Virus record (IMG/VR): IMGVR_UViG_3300009183_000050
Coordinates: 64,001 to 128,000 of that record
Length of the DNA stretch: 64,000 nt
Reading direction: 5' to 3' (one strand)
Source of the DNA: a virus
In this document: one piece after another, positions 48,109-57,293 of the stretch
How the letters are laid out: every line of letters starts with the position of its first letter
Numbering within the stretch: position 1 is the first letter of the stretch
Position numbers and translations under genes: made by a program
Notes under the pieces: generated by a model
The model's input: only the letters and a program-made list of their open reading frames with translations
Told to the model about the DNA's origin: nothing
Database searches by the model: none

Positions 48109-49318
48109 TGTAACACAATTAAATGAATGTGTGGCCTGCGGCTGTAGTAAACTCAAACTCGTTTTAGATTTGGGTAAGCAACCGCTGGCTAACTCTTTCA
48201 AACTGAAACAAGAAGATGTTCAAGAAGAATATCCTCTGGCTATCAATCGATGTGAAGAATGTTTTCATGTTCAGTTGACACACTCGGTTGATCCTAAGTT
48301 GATGTTTGAGGACTATCTGTATGTATCAGGTACAGCAAAGACTATGCATGAGCATTTCAAAGACTTTGCTTCAATGGTTAAGAAAGCTAGTTCATGGCCA
48401 CATACACCAACAGTCCTTGATGTTGGATGTAATGACGGAACTCAGTTAGACTATTTCAAAGAGATTGGATTTACAACCTATGGTGTTGATCCGGCCGCAA
48501 ATCTTCATATTGAATCCTCTAAGAAACATACCATCTGGTGTGACTGGTTCAATAAAGATTTTGCTGATAAGTGTGATGTGAGTAGCTTTGATATTATTAC
48601 AGCACAGAATGTCTTCGCTCATGGTTCTAATCCTCTAGAGTTTCTAAAGACAGCTAAAGAACTTTTGACTGATGATGGTGTTCTGTATATTCAGACCTCA
48701 CAGGCCAACATGATCAAGAACAATGAGTTCGATACGATCTATCACGAACATATCAGCTTCTTCAATACACTATCAATGATGAGGCTTTGTGTTCGTGCGG
48801 GTCTCTGCCTGTATGATGTAGAGTATATGCCTATTCATGGCACCAGCTATATCTTTAAGATTTCTAAGCAGTTTCGATCAGGTAATGTCTATAACAATAT
48901 CTCTCAGGAAAATGCAGACGGTCTTTTCACTCCAGAGACCTATGTTAAGTATGCAAAACGCTGTGATGAGATTATCGAAGCACTCAAATGGGAAATCTCA
49001 AACTATACTCGCAGTGAAGTAGGTTGGCTCGGTGTTGGATATGGTGCACCTGCAAAAGGTATGACTTTGCTCAACTATTCTGGTTTGAAGTTGGATTTTA
49101 TCATTGATGATAATCCGCTGAAACAAGGTCGCTTCACTCCAGGTTCCAGCATTCCAATCTATCCTGCATCTAAGCTGGATGAATATGAAGATGCTCTTTG
49201 TTTTGTTCCTCTTGCATGGAACTTCTTTGATGAGATCGTTGCCAAAATCAAGAAGCAGAGAAACAATAAGTGGGACAGATTCATCACATACTTCCCGAAG
49301 GTGGAAACTAAAGAATGA
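48086..49318 (+). CDS. NDP-hexose C-methyltransferase
   Basis: CVAC...LDLG.QPLAN, C..C.HVQL zinc domain, DVGCNDG, FDTIYHEH, GYGAPAKG.TLLN, DDNPLKQG. Confidence 0.9.
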   Translation: MSHQQTSDVTQLNECVACGCSKLKLVLDLGKQPLANSFKLKQEDVQEEYPLAINRCEECFHVQLTHSVDPKLMFEDYLYVSGTAKTMHEHFKDFASMVKKASSWPHTPTVLDVGCNDGTQLDYFKEIGFTTYGVDPAANLHIESSKKHTIWCDWFNKDFADKCDVSSFDIITAQNVFAHGSNPLEFLKTAKELLTDDGVLYIQTSQANMIKNNEFDTIYHEHISFFNTLSMMRLCVRAGLCLYDVEYMPIHGTSYIFKISKQFRSGNVYNNISQENADGLFTPETYVKYAKRCDEIIEALKWEISNYTRSEVGWLGVGYGAPAKGMTLLNYSGLKLDFIIDDNPLKQGRFTPGSSIPIYPASKLDEYEDALCFVPLAWNFFDEIVAKIKKQRNNKWDRFITYFPKVETKE

Positions 49319-50040
49319 AAAAGGTACTCTACTATCATATCTTTTTGAATGATTATGGTACTTGGAGCCACATCTTCATGGAGCAATTCAAACTACTTGA
49401 AGATGTTGGCTTGCTTCACCAATTCGATGAAGTCAAAGTATCTGTGATCACTAATGATGAAGATAAGTTGAAATCATTCGTTAGATTAATCTCTACCTTC
49501 CGCAAGGTTGAACTCGATGTTTATATGAACAGCCCTGATGCTGAGAATGTAATGAGTCAAAGTATGTGGAGAGATAGTCAGAATGAAGATTATCAGATGC
49601 TATATCTTCATTCAAAAGGTATCACGGCCACAGACAATCATTTGAAAAATGGTAATGCACAAATCTTTAAGAATTACTACTACTGGCGACAGTTCTTGAA
49701 TTGGGGTGTTATCGAAAAGTGGAAAGACTGTGTTCTAGCTTTGTCGTCACATGATCTGGCTGGTGTGAACTACTTTGATAAACCATCGATGCATTTCAGT
49801 GGTAACTTCTGGTGGGCCAATTCATCATATGTAAGAACTCTACCTGATCCGTCTACTATTGAGTGGTGGCGTGAATTGCAAAAGAATACTGATGATGGCT
49901 GGTTGAGAACCGCACACGATAGGTTCAGAGATGAGATGTGGGTTTGCTCTAAGCCTGATGCTAAGATTTACTCAACTAAGAATCTAGATGAGGTCACAAA
50001 TCTCTCCGCAGAATTTCTACCTAGATCAAACTATGCCTAA
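49315..50040 (+). CDS. Putative glycosyltransferase-like protein
   Basis: LYLHSKG and HFSGNFWWA.S.Y motifs, seen in phage and giant-virus glyco-clusters. Confidence 0.55.
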   Translation: MKKVLYYHIFLNDYGTWSHIFMEQFKLLEDVGLLHQFDEVKVSVITNDEDKLKSFVRLISTFRKVELDVYMNSPDAENVMSQSMWRDSQNEDYQMLYLHSKGITATDNHLKNGNAQIFKNYYYWRQFLNWGVIEKWKDCVLALSSHDLAGVNYFDKPSMHFSGNFWWANSSYVRTLPDPSTIEWWRELQKNTDDGWLRTAHDRFRDEMWVCSKPDAKIYSTKNLDEVTNLSAEFLPRSNYA

Positions 50041-50203
50041 ATCGCCCTGTAGTAAGGTTTGTAGATATGAAACTAATTCCCTTATCTGCATTGGTTGCGG
50101 TCGGTCAGCGGAAGAAATCACCGCCTGGTCTATCGCAACCAAAAAAAGAAAAACCGAAATCATCAAAGAAGCCAAAAAGAGATTGAGAAGTATTGACATT
50201 TGA
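50033..50203 (+). CDS. DUF1289 family Cys-rich protein
   Basis: SPC..VC......C.GCGR...EI..W. Confidence 0.8.
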   Translation: MPKSPCSKVCRYETNSLICIGCGRSAEEITAWSIATKKRKTEIIKEAKKRLRSIDI

Positions 50204-50221
50204 ACCTGAGCCTGATATAGT
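50193..50221 (+). promoter_or_regulatory. Sigma70-type promoter
   Basis: TTGACA-N17-TATAGT. Confidence 0.65.
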
Positions 50222-50251
50222 ATCCATTATAAAGTCAATGAGGAACTGATC

Positions 50252-50497
50252 ATGCCGTATGTAGAAATGTATGTCGATGCTTCTGATTTCATCGGAGATA
50301 TCTCCGATGAAGAATTGCTCATCGAAGTAAAAATCCGCGGTCTCAAAGTTTTAGATGGCGCCGAACCTAATATGCGGGATGTTTTATGGCGATACAAAAA
50401 TGGATATATAGAGGACACAGTGCATCTCTTGGTTCGAATGTATCCCGAGTTGTATGGTCTAGATAAGTATATCAATGGAGTTAAAAATGTTACCTGA
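50252..50497 (+). CDS. Hypothetical protein
   Basis: ORF with GAGG SD downstream of a promoter. Confidence 0.55.
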   Translation: MPYVEMYVDASDFIGDISDEELLIEVKIRGLKVLDGAEPNMRDVLWRYKNGYIEDTVHLLVRMYPELYGLDKYINGVKNVT

Positions 50498-50762
50498 ATG
50501 GTTGAAAAGTATTTTCCGTGGTACTCGGAAAGAAGTTAAAGAGGCGGCAATCGAGAATGCTGATGCCGTAGCAAATACTGTAACAGCGGTAGCTAAGACT
50601 GCCATTGCGGCTGAAGCGGCTATTGTTAAAAATGCGGCACCTATCACATCATCTGTTGTTGATACAGTTGAACAGGTAGCTGGTGATGCAGTCGAGAAGG
50701 TAGTTAAGAAGGCGGCTAAGAACGTTAAGAAGGCCGCATCTAAGAAAACACCTAAAGAATAA
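50475..50762 (+). CDS. Ala/Lys-rich hypothetical protein
   Basis: Basic tail KKAAKNVKKAASKK. Confidence 0.55.
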   Translation: MELKMLPEWLKSIFRGTRKEVKEAAIENADAVANTVTAVAKTAIAAEAAIVKNAAPITSSVVDTVEQVAGDAVEKVVKKAAKNVKKAASKKTPKE

Positions 50763-50769
50763 CTAATTC

Positions 50770-50843
50770 GCGGGTTTCGTATAGTGGTAATACCTTAGCT
50801 TTCCAAGCTAAAGCGAAGAGTTCAATTCTCTTAGCCCGCTCCA
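50770..50843 (+). tRNA. tRNA-Gly(UCC)
   Basis: Cloverleaf; TTAGC-TTTCCAA-GCTAA anticodon arm; CCA end. Confidence 0.92.
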
Positions 50844-50861
50844 CTCACACAGGAGAACATC

Positions 50862-51146
50862 ATGCGTAAAGCATTGATTGCCGGAATAGCATTATTAAGT
50901 ATGGTAACAGTGGTAGAAGCGCAACAAAGACACCAACATCATCACCATCATCGCGGTGGTGGAGGTGGTGGATGGGTCGCACCTCTCGTCGGAGGTATGG
51001 TCTTAGGTGGTGTTCTCTATGGTCTCTCACAAACCCCCTCATATGCGGCACCACACCCATATTACCAACAACCAGTATCATGCTGGGAAGAGTTCGTTGG
51101 TTATAACAGATGGGGTAATCCTGTCTATCGTCGAGTCTGCCAGTAA
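50862..51146 (+). CDS. Secreted His/Gly-rich small protein
   Basis: Signal peptide, H-rich/G-rich stretch, GG-rich hydrophobic helix, C-terminal C...RRVC. Confidence 0.65.
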   Translation: MRKALIAGIALLSMVTVVEAQQRHQHHHHHRGGGGGGWVAPLVGGMVLGGVLYGLSQTPSYAAPHPYYQQPVSCWEEFVGYNRWGNPVYRRVCQ

Positions 51147-51162
51147 TCTATAGGATTTTATA

Positions 51163-51315
51163 ATGAATGAGTTGATTGAAAAAGTTGCAAGAACTATGGC
51201 TCTTGGTAACAATGGAGGCGGTTGGGCTACGCATTACACCGTAGAACAACAAAACTTGTGGCGTGAACGGGCAAAAGAAATTATTGAAATGGTGAAAGAA
51301 GGTCTTGTGAAATGA
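51163..51315 (+). CDS. Hypothetical protein, 50 aa, not in ORF track
   Basis: MNELIEKVARTMALGNNGGGWATHYT...; AGGA SD; overlaps the thyX start. Confidence 0.55.
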   Translation: MNELIEKVARTMALGNNGGGWATHYTVEQQNLWRERAKEIIEMVKEGLVK

Positions 51316-51995
51316 CTAGTGCGGTTATCGTGGCTCTAACACAGCCTACTATCAATCAGACACATCCGTTTGAAGCACCTATGACTGTTGATGAGTTCAT
51401 CGCTTATGTTGCTCGTGTATCCAACCCATCTAATCAGACTAATACTTTGACTTCTCAGAAGTTGTTAAAGTATCTTGCTAAACATAAACATTGGTCTCCT
51501 TTTGAAATGGTTCATGTTGTTATGGAGATCAATACTACTCGTGATATCGCTCGACAGATATTGCGTCATCGTTCATTCACATTTCAGGAGTTTAGTCAAC
51601 GCTATGCTGATCCTACACGAAGTCTTGGCTTTAGCCATCGAGAAACACGTTTGCAAGATACAAAGAATCGTCAGAACTCTATTGAGGCGGAAGACCGCGA
51701 ACTGAAATCTATGTGGCTAGAGAAACAACAAGATATTATCCGAAGTGTGAAAGAAACTTACACTTGGGCCATAACAAATGGAATTGCGAAGGAACAGGCT
51801 CGTGCTATATTGCCTGAAGGTCTCACTAACAGTCGTATGTATATGGCTGGCTCTCTTCGGTCTTGGATACATTATTGTCAACTGAGAATGGGTATCGAAA
51901 CTCAAAAAGAACATCGTGAGATTGCTACTGATGCTTGGTATCAACTTACATCGAAATTCCCTTCACTGAAAGATTCACTTGATATTGGAGTTTGA
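51312..51995 (+). CDS. thyX: FAD-dependent thymidylate synthase ThyX
   Basis: HWSPFEM, RQILRHRSFTFQEFSQRY, KEQARAILP, TQKEHR. Confidence 0.96.
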   Translation: MTSAVIVALTQPTINQTHPFEAPMTVDEFIAYVARVSNPSNQTNTLTSQKLLKYLAKHKHWSPFEMVHVVMEINTTRDIARQILRHRSFTFQEFSQRYADPTRSLGFSHRETRLQDTKNRQNSIEAEDRELKSMWLEKQQDIIRSVKETYTWAITNGIAKEQARAILPEGLTNSRMYMAGSLRSWIHYCQLRMGIETQKEHREIATDAWYQLTSKFPSLKDSLDIGV

Positions 51996-51997
51996 TT

Positions 51998-52171
51998 ATG
52001 TCTGAGACAAAAGAACCATACATCGAAATTATTGGTATGACAGAACTTGATGATGGCAGTGCAATGGTTACATTTGAAATGGACCGTGAGACAACCATCA
52101 CCTTTGCGAAGTTCGGTCTCTTACAAGCTCTTAGAGATGCGGCCAATAAGGTAAACGAAGATGAAGATTGA
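51998..52171 (+). CDS. Hypothetical protein, 57 aa, not in ORF track
   Basis: GGAG SD; MSETKEPYIEIIGMTELDDGSA... Confidence 0.55.
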   Translation: MSETKEPYIEIIGMTELDDGSAMVTFEMDRETTITFAKFGLLQALRDAANKVNEDED

Positions 52172-52811
52172 GATAGGGCCTTATAAAGACTGGATTGGAC
52201 CATATCAGATTGCTGATATGGTTTTCTTTTGGCATAGTCGATGGCCAGCAAATTGTGAGCGTTGGGACTATCGACTTCACGATAAGTTTGGTGAATGGCT
52301 ATCTAATACTTGGGTCAATGATGTTTGTGTATGGTTCGAAAGTAAACGTGAACGAAACATAAAGATTCATATCGACAAATATGATACATGGAGTATGGAT
52401 CATACACTATCGAAGATCATCGTTCCTATGTTGAAACAACTTAAAGAAACAAAACATGGTGCTCCAGGTGTTGATGATGAAGATGTGCCTGAAGAACTGA
52501 AATCAACTTCTGCTCCACCTCTAACAGAAGAACAGACTAACTGGGGTGATGTTGATAATAACCACTTCAAGCGTTGGGACTGGGTTCTCGATGAGATGAT
52601 CTGGGCTTTCACTCAAATCTCAGAAGATGCTGATGATGACTTCTATGATGCATATGAAGAAGGTGAAGAGGTCAAAGTGCATTCTTGGGAAACCGAAGAA
52701 GATGCTAGGCACCGAGGCAAGCTTAATATGGAAAAGACTAAAGCCCATAGCAACAGAATCCGCAATGGTACCAAACTCTTCGGTAAGTATTATCAAAACC
52801 TATGGGACTGA
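52161..52811 (+). CDS. Conserved phage hypothetical protein
   Basis: IDKYDTWSMDHTL..I..PML.QL...KHG, W..VLDEMIWAF, LFGKYY.NLWD. Confidence 0.7.
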   Translation: MKIEIGPYKDWIGPYQIADMVFFWHSRWPANCERWDYRLHDKFGEWLSNTWVNDVCVWFESKRERNIKIHIDKYDTWSMDHTLSKIIVPMLKQLKETKHGAPGVDDEDVPEELKSTSAPPLTEEQTNWGDVDNNHFKRWDWVLDEMIWAFTQISEDADDDFYDAYEEGEEVKVHSWETEEDARHRGKLNMEKTKAHSNRIRNGTKLFGKYYQNLWD

Positions 52812-52812
52812 T

Positions 52813-53085
52813 ATGATATCTTGTGCAAACTGCGGCTCTAAGTATGAGGCCTTCTATGAAGATACTGAACAGGCCATGGGTTGTGCGGCCAATGTCTTTG
52901 AACGTGATGGCCAACTCTATGTTGTTGGTCATTACGGTTCAAGAATAATCGATGCAAAGCTATACAAGATATTGACAAAAGGCTTTGTAAAGGGTATAAT
53001 ATGTGACGAGTGTATTCAAAAAGGTATAGATGATGACCAATTTGAACTTGTGAATGAAAACAACTATTTTGGAATTAATTTGTGA
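52813..53085 (+). CDS. Small CxxC zinc-binding hypothetical protein
   Basis: CANC...GCA...CDEC. Confidence 0.5.
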   Translation: MISCANCGSKYEAFYEDTEQAMGCAANVFERDGQLYVVGHYGSRIIDAKLYKILTKGFVKGIICDECIQKGIDDDQFELVNENNYFGINL

Positions 53086-53300
53086 AAGGATTCGCTATGC
53101 GTGGTGAATATGGGCTAAACATTCTTGAGACTGACTTCAAACAACGTGACTTTGATGGTAAGTGGGAACGTATCGCTAAGATTGTTGATTATGACAATCG
53201 ATACACCTATACGACTGATTCTGGTTCGAAGGTGACTCTGATTCCAGAAAAGTGGATTACTCTCGGTGTCTATGACCTCATGATGGAGATTGTAGACTAA
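53082..53300 (+). CDS. Hypothetical protein
   Basis: ORF downstream of TTGACA-N17-TATAAT (52972-53000). Confidence 0.55.
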   Translation: MKGFAMRGEYGLNILETDFKQRDFDGKWERIAKIVDYDNRYTYTTDSGSKVTLIPEKWITLGVYDLMMEIVD

Positions 53301-53608
53301 TGGCAAACAATATTAAACTATTGAAGATGATCACCAATGAGGAAGTTCTTGCTGAGGTCACCGAAGAAACCTCATCTACAATTTCTGTTAAGAATCCTGT
53401 TCGTGTCGTTGTAGTTCCGTCTAAGACTGATCCAAAGACACCTAATGTAGGTTATGTCCCTTGGACAGAATTTTCTGATGAAAAAGAGTTTACAATTCAC
53501 AAGGCCCATGTTATAATCATAACTAGGCCATTGCAGGAGTTTATCAACCAGTATAACTCCTTATTTGGTGGCATCATCGCCCCAACCAGTAAACTGATTG
53601 TTCCTTAA
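53300..53608 (+). CDS. Sm-like conserved protein upstream of gp43
   Basis: IKLLKMITNEEVLAE, KNP, PW, Y..LFGGII; usual position in T4-like phages. Confidence 0.65.
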   Translation: MANNIKLLKMITNEEVLAEVTEETSSTISVKNPVRVVVVPSKTDPKTPNVGYVPWTEFSDEKEFTIHKAHVIIITRPLQEFINQYNSLFGGIIAPTSKLIVP

Positions 53609-56157
53609 TGAAATCATTCTATACAAATGTTCAGGTCTATGGTTCTAGGATCCTGTATCGTGGTGTGAAGAACGGTCGAAAAGTCCGTGAACGGATCGAC
53701 TATCACCCTACGCTATTTGTGCCTTCAAACAAGCCTACGCAATTCACGACAGTCATGGGTGAACATGTTTCAGAGATAAAACCTGGAAACATCCGTGAGT
53801 GTCGTGATTTTGTTAAGCAGTATGACGATGTGCAAGGCTTCAAGATTTATGGTAACCAGAAGTATGAATACACTTTCATCTCTGATGACCATCCACATGA
53901 AGTGGACTGGGACCTTGACGATATCACAACCTGTAACATAGATATCGAAGTGGGTTCTGAGAATGGTTTTCCAGAACCTGATCGAGCAGATGAACCGGTG
54001 ACGGCCATTACCATGAAAATGAGTAATGGTCGTTTCATCGTGCTTGGGTGTGGCGACTTCAACAATGTTCGTGAAGATGTGGTCTATATCAAGTGTCGTG
54101 ATGAAATCGACCTGTTGAAAAGATTTGTTGATGAGTGGACAGGTAACTATCCAGATATCATCACAGGCTGGAACATCAAGCTGTTTGATATCCCTTACAT
54201 GGTCAATCGTATCACTAAGCTACTTGGTGATGAAATGGCAAAGCGTCTATCGCCTTGGGGTATATTGAATGAGCGTGAAGTAAATTTTGGTCCAGGTCGG
54301 CAGTTCAAGACCTATGCCTTACTAGGCATTGCGAGTCTCGACTATATCGATCTGTATCAACGGTATGCTCCTGATGGTAAGTCTCAAGCCTCATACAAAC
54401 TTGACAGTATCGCCAATGTTGAACTGGGTGATCGTAAGCTATCATATGAAGAATATGGTAACTTGCACAGCCTCTATCGTGATAACTATCAGTTATTCAT
54501 TGAGTATAATATCAAGGACGTGGAACTGATTGAACGTCTTGATGATAAGCTGAAGTTGATTGAACTGGCTTTGACTCTTGCGTATGATAGTAAGACAAAC
54601 TATGATGATGTGTTTGCACAAGTTCGTATGTGGGATGCATTGATCTATAACCATCTTCGTGAGAAGAATGTAGTTATTCCACCTATCGTTCATCGCAGTA
54701 AGAATGCGGCCTATGTTGGCGCATATGTAAAAGATCCTATTCTTGGTATGCACAAGTGGATTGCATCATTCGACTTGAACTCTCTCTATCCACATTTGAT
54801 CATGCAGTATAATATCAGCCCTGAAACATTCTTGGAGCCTGAGAACTATGATGATGAATGTCGTTCTATTATTTCTATGGGTGTCAGCGTTGACACTCTT
54901 CTTGATCAAACTAATGACTTATCGAGACTGAGTGAATATACTATAACTCCGAACGGTCAGTTCTTTAAGATTGACAAGCAGGGCTTCTTACCTGAGATGA
55001 TGGAGAGTATGTATAACGGTCGAACGGTATATAAGAAGAAGGCTATCGAGGCGAAGAAAGAGTTGGAACTTGAGAAAGATCCAACCAAACGATATGAGAT
55101 TGAGAAGCGAATTGCTAGATACAACAATCTACAGTTAGCCAAGAAAGTCTGCCTGAACTCAGCTTACGGTGCTTTGGGTAATGAGTTCTTCCGCTTCTTT
55201 GATATTCGTCATGCATCGGCTATCACTACAGCAGGTCAGCTTTCGATCCGTTGGATTGAAAACAAGATCAACGACTATATGAACAAGATTCTAAAAACGG
55301 AGAACCAAGATTATGTTATTGCGTCAGATACGGATTCAATCTATCTGTCTCTTGACCGATTGGTCAACAAAACTATTATTGAGCAGGATGTATCTGTATC
55401 AACAGAGGACGTTATCACCTTCATGGATCGTATCTGTGAAAATAAGATTCAACCTTTTATTGACAACTCCTATTCTGAACTTGCTCGATATACTCATGCC
55501 TATCAGCAAAAAATGATGATGAAGCGTGAAGGTCTGTCTGATAAAGGTATCTGGACAGCCAAGAAACGCTACATTCTAAGAGTGCATAACAATGAAGGTG
55601 TGCAGTATGCTGAACCACAACTGAAGGTCATGGGCCTTGAGATGATCAAGTCCTCTACACCAGCCGCCTGTAAAGAGAAACTGTGGGATGCAATCGATAT
55701 CGTCTTTAACAAAGGTGAAGATGATGTTATTCAATTCATCGAAGAGTTTCGTCAAGAGTTCAAGTCTAAGAATCCGGCAGACATTGCATTCCCTCGTGGC
55801 GTCAATGGTCTATCTAAGTTCTCAGACAAGGCAAACATCTTCGGTAAAGGTTGCCCGATCCATGTTCGTGGTTCACTGATCTATAATGATCTGGTCAAGC
55901 GCAACAAACTACAGAAGAAGTATGAACTCATCAAAGAAGGTGAGAAGATTAAGTTCATCTATCTTAAAGAACCAAATACAATCCAGTCAAACATCATCGC
56001 ATTTCCTAATGTGATACCACCTGAACTCAATCTGCACAAATACATCGACTTCGATATGCAGTATGAAAAGTCTTTTGTTGAACCATTGAAGATCGTATTG
56101 GATAGCATCGGTTGGAAGACGGAACATGTGAGTAGCCTAACCGACTTCTTTGCATAA
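53608..56157 (+). CDS. gp43: Family B DNA polymerase gp43
   Basis: DIEV exonuclease, SFDLNSLYP, K..LNSAYG, ASDTDS, KKRY. Confidence 0.98.
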   Translation: MKSFYTNVQVYGSRILYRGVKNGRKVRERIDYHPTLFVPSNKPTQFTTVMGEHVSEIKPGNIRECRDFVKQYDDVQGFKIYGNQKYEYTFISDDHPHEVDWDLDDITTCNIDIEVGSENGFPEPDRADEPVTAITMKMSNGRFIVLGCGDFNNVREDVVYIKCRDEIDLLKRFVDEWTGNYPDIITGWNIKLFDIPYMVNRITKLLGDEMAKRLSPWGILNEREVNFGPGRQFKTYALLGIASLDYIDLYQRYAPDGKSQASYKLDSIANVELGDRKLSYEEYGNLHSLYRDNYQLFIEYNIKDVELIERLDDKLKLIELALTLAYDSKTNYDDVFAQVRMWDALIYNHLREKNVVIPPIVHRSKNAAYVGAYVKDPILGMHKWIASFDLNSLYPHLIMQYNISPETFLEPENYDDECRSIISMGVSVDTLLDQTNDLSRLSEYTITPNGQFFKIDKQGFLPEMMESMYNGRTVYKKKAIEAKKELELEKDPTKRYEIEKRIARYNNLQLAKKVCLNSAYGALGNEFFRFFDIRHASAITTAGQLSIRWIENKINDYMNKILKTENQDYVIASDTDSIYLSLDRLVNKTIIEQDVSVSTEDVITFMDRICENKIQPFIDNSYSELARYTHAYQQKMMMKREGLSDKGIWTAKKRYILRVHNNEGVQYAEPQLKVMGLEMIKSSTPAACKEKLWDAIDIVFNKGEDDVIQFIEEFRQEFKSKNPADIAFPRGVNGLSKFSDKANIFGKGCPIHVRGSLIYNDLVKRNKLQKKYELIKEGEKIKFIYLKEPNTIQSNIIAFPNVIPPELNLHKYIDFDMQYEKSFVEPLKIVLDSIGWKTEHVSSLTDFFA

Positions 56158-56167
56158 ATAGGTAATC

Positions 56168-57055
56168 ATGAACATCTTAGTTTTTATAACCGGAATATCA
56201 ATCTCGGTAGTTGCGGCCTATTACTCTATCATAGGCTTGACAACCATCTTTGCCGGAGCCTTCTGGGCAGTTGTTATCATGGGTTCTGTCCTAGAAGTAG
56301 GCAAACTTGTAGCCGTCTCATGGCTATATAACAACTGGCGCCATGTTCCATTCTTAATCAAATCGTATCTCATGCTCGCCATTCTCATTCTCATGCTTAT
56401 CACAAGTATGGGAATCTTTGGCTTTCTATCTAAGGCCCATATCGAACAGAACCTCGCCATGAACACTGGCGTGACTGAACAGATTGAGATTATAAATAAC
56501 GATATAAAGTCAGTAGAAGGTTCTATTGCCGATCTAAACAAACAAGTTGCACAGATTGATGCGGCCATTGAAAAGATGACCGAGAAGAATCGTGCTGAGA
56601 ACTCTCTGAAGGCGGCTGAACAACAGCGCAAGACGAGAGGTGATCTTATCAAACGTAAGAATGATGAGGTCAAAAAGCTGAGTGAACTAAAGACACAGAA
56701 GATAAAGTATGAGTCTGAGTTCAAGAAGGTTGAAGCAGAGATTGGTCCTATCAAGTATGTTGCAGAACTTTTTTATGGCGGTTCTGACAGAGACATAGTT
56801 GACAAAGCCATCCGATCTGTTATAATACTACTTATATTTGTATTTGATCCTTTGGCAATCTTGTTACTCTTGGCGTTCAATATATCGAACAGGCGAGATG
56901 ATATTCCAGAGTTTCTTGATTTGAGCGAAGTAAAGGATGTTCAACGTGATGAGCCAAGAAAAAGCCGAAAGACCGTGGGGAGCATGGGAAGTAATCGAAA
57001 AAGGAAAAGGTTACAAGATAAAGAAGTTGGTGATTCAACCTTACCAATCAATTAG
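56168..57055 (+). CDS. Membrane-anchored coiled-coil protein
   Basis: Three N-terminal TM helices, ITSMGIFGFLSKAH, EIGPIKY, IFVFDPLA; CATAAATA just upstream. Confidence 0.7.
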   Translation: MNILVFITGISISVVAAYYSIIGLTTIFAGAFWAVVIMGSVLEVGKLVAVSWLYNNWRHVPFLIKSYLMLAILILMLITSMGIFGFLSKAHIEQNLAMNTGVTEQIEIINNDIKSVEGSIADLNKQVAQIDAAIEKMTEKNRAENSLKAAEQQRKTRGDLIKRKNDEVKKLSELKTQKIKYESEFKKVEAEIGPIKYVAELFYGGSDRDIVDKAIRSVIILLIFVFDPLAILLLLAFNISNRRDDIPEFLDLSEVKDVQRDEPRKSRKTVGSMGSNRKRKRLQDKEVGDSTLPIN

Positions 57056-57293
57056 TCTACAGTATCATAACCACAGATCAGAAGCATGGTCCATCGTAGA
57101 AGGTTTTGGAGAAGTCATATTAGGTGATAAAGTGTTTAGGGTTTCAGCAGGTGATTCCTTTGTGGTGCCTAAGAAAGCAACACATAAAATAACCGCAATA
57201 TCAAAAACACCACTCATAGCAATAGAAGTCCAGTTAGGTGAGATTACCGAAGAGGGCGACATTGTAAGATTAGGTATAGGAGAACTAAAATGA
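56937..57293 (+). CDS. Cupin, phosphomannose isomerase type II C-terminal-like
   Basis: RPWG, SLQYHNHRSEAW, IEVQLG...E.DIVR. Confidence 0.85.
   Translation: MFNVMSQEKAERPWGAWEVIEKGKGYKIKKLVIQPYQSISLQYHNHRSEAWSIVEGFGEVILGDKVFRVSAGDSFVVPKKATHKITAISKTPLIAIEVQLGEITEEGDIVRLGIGELK

Noticed and set aside
53608-56157. Inteins or introns in gp43, gp41, gp17 or thyX
   Set aside because: Lengths are typical and the motifs are uninterrupted
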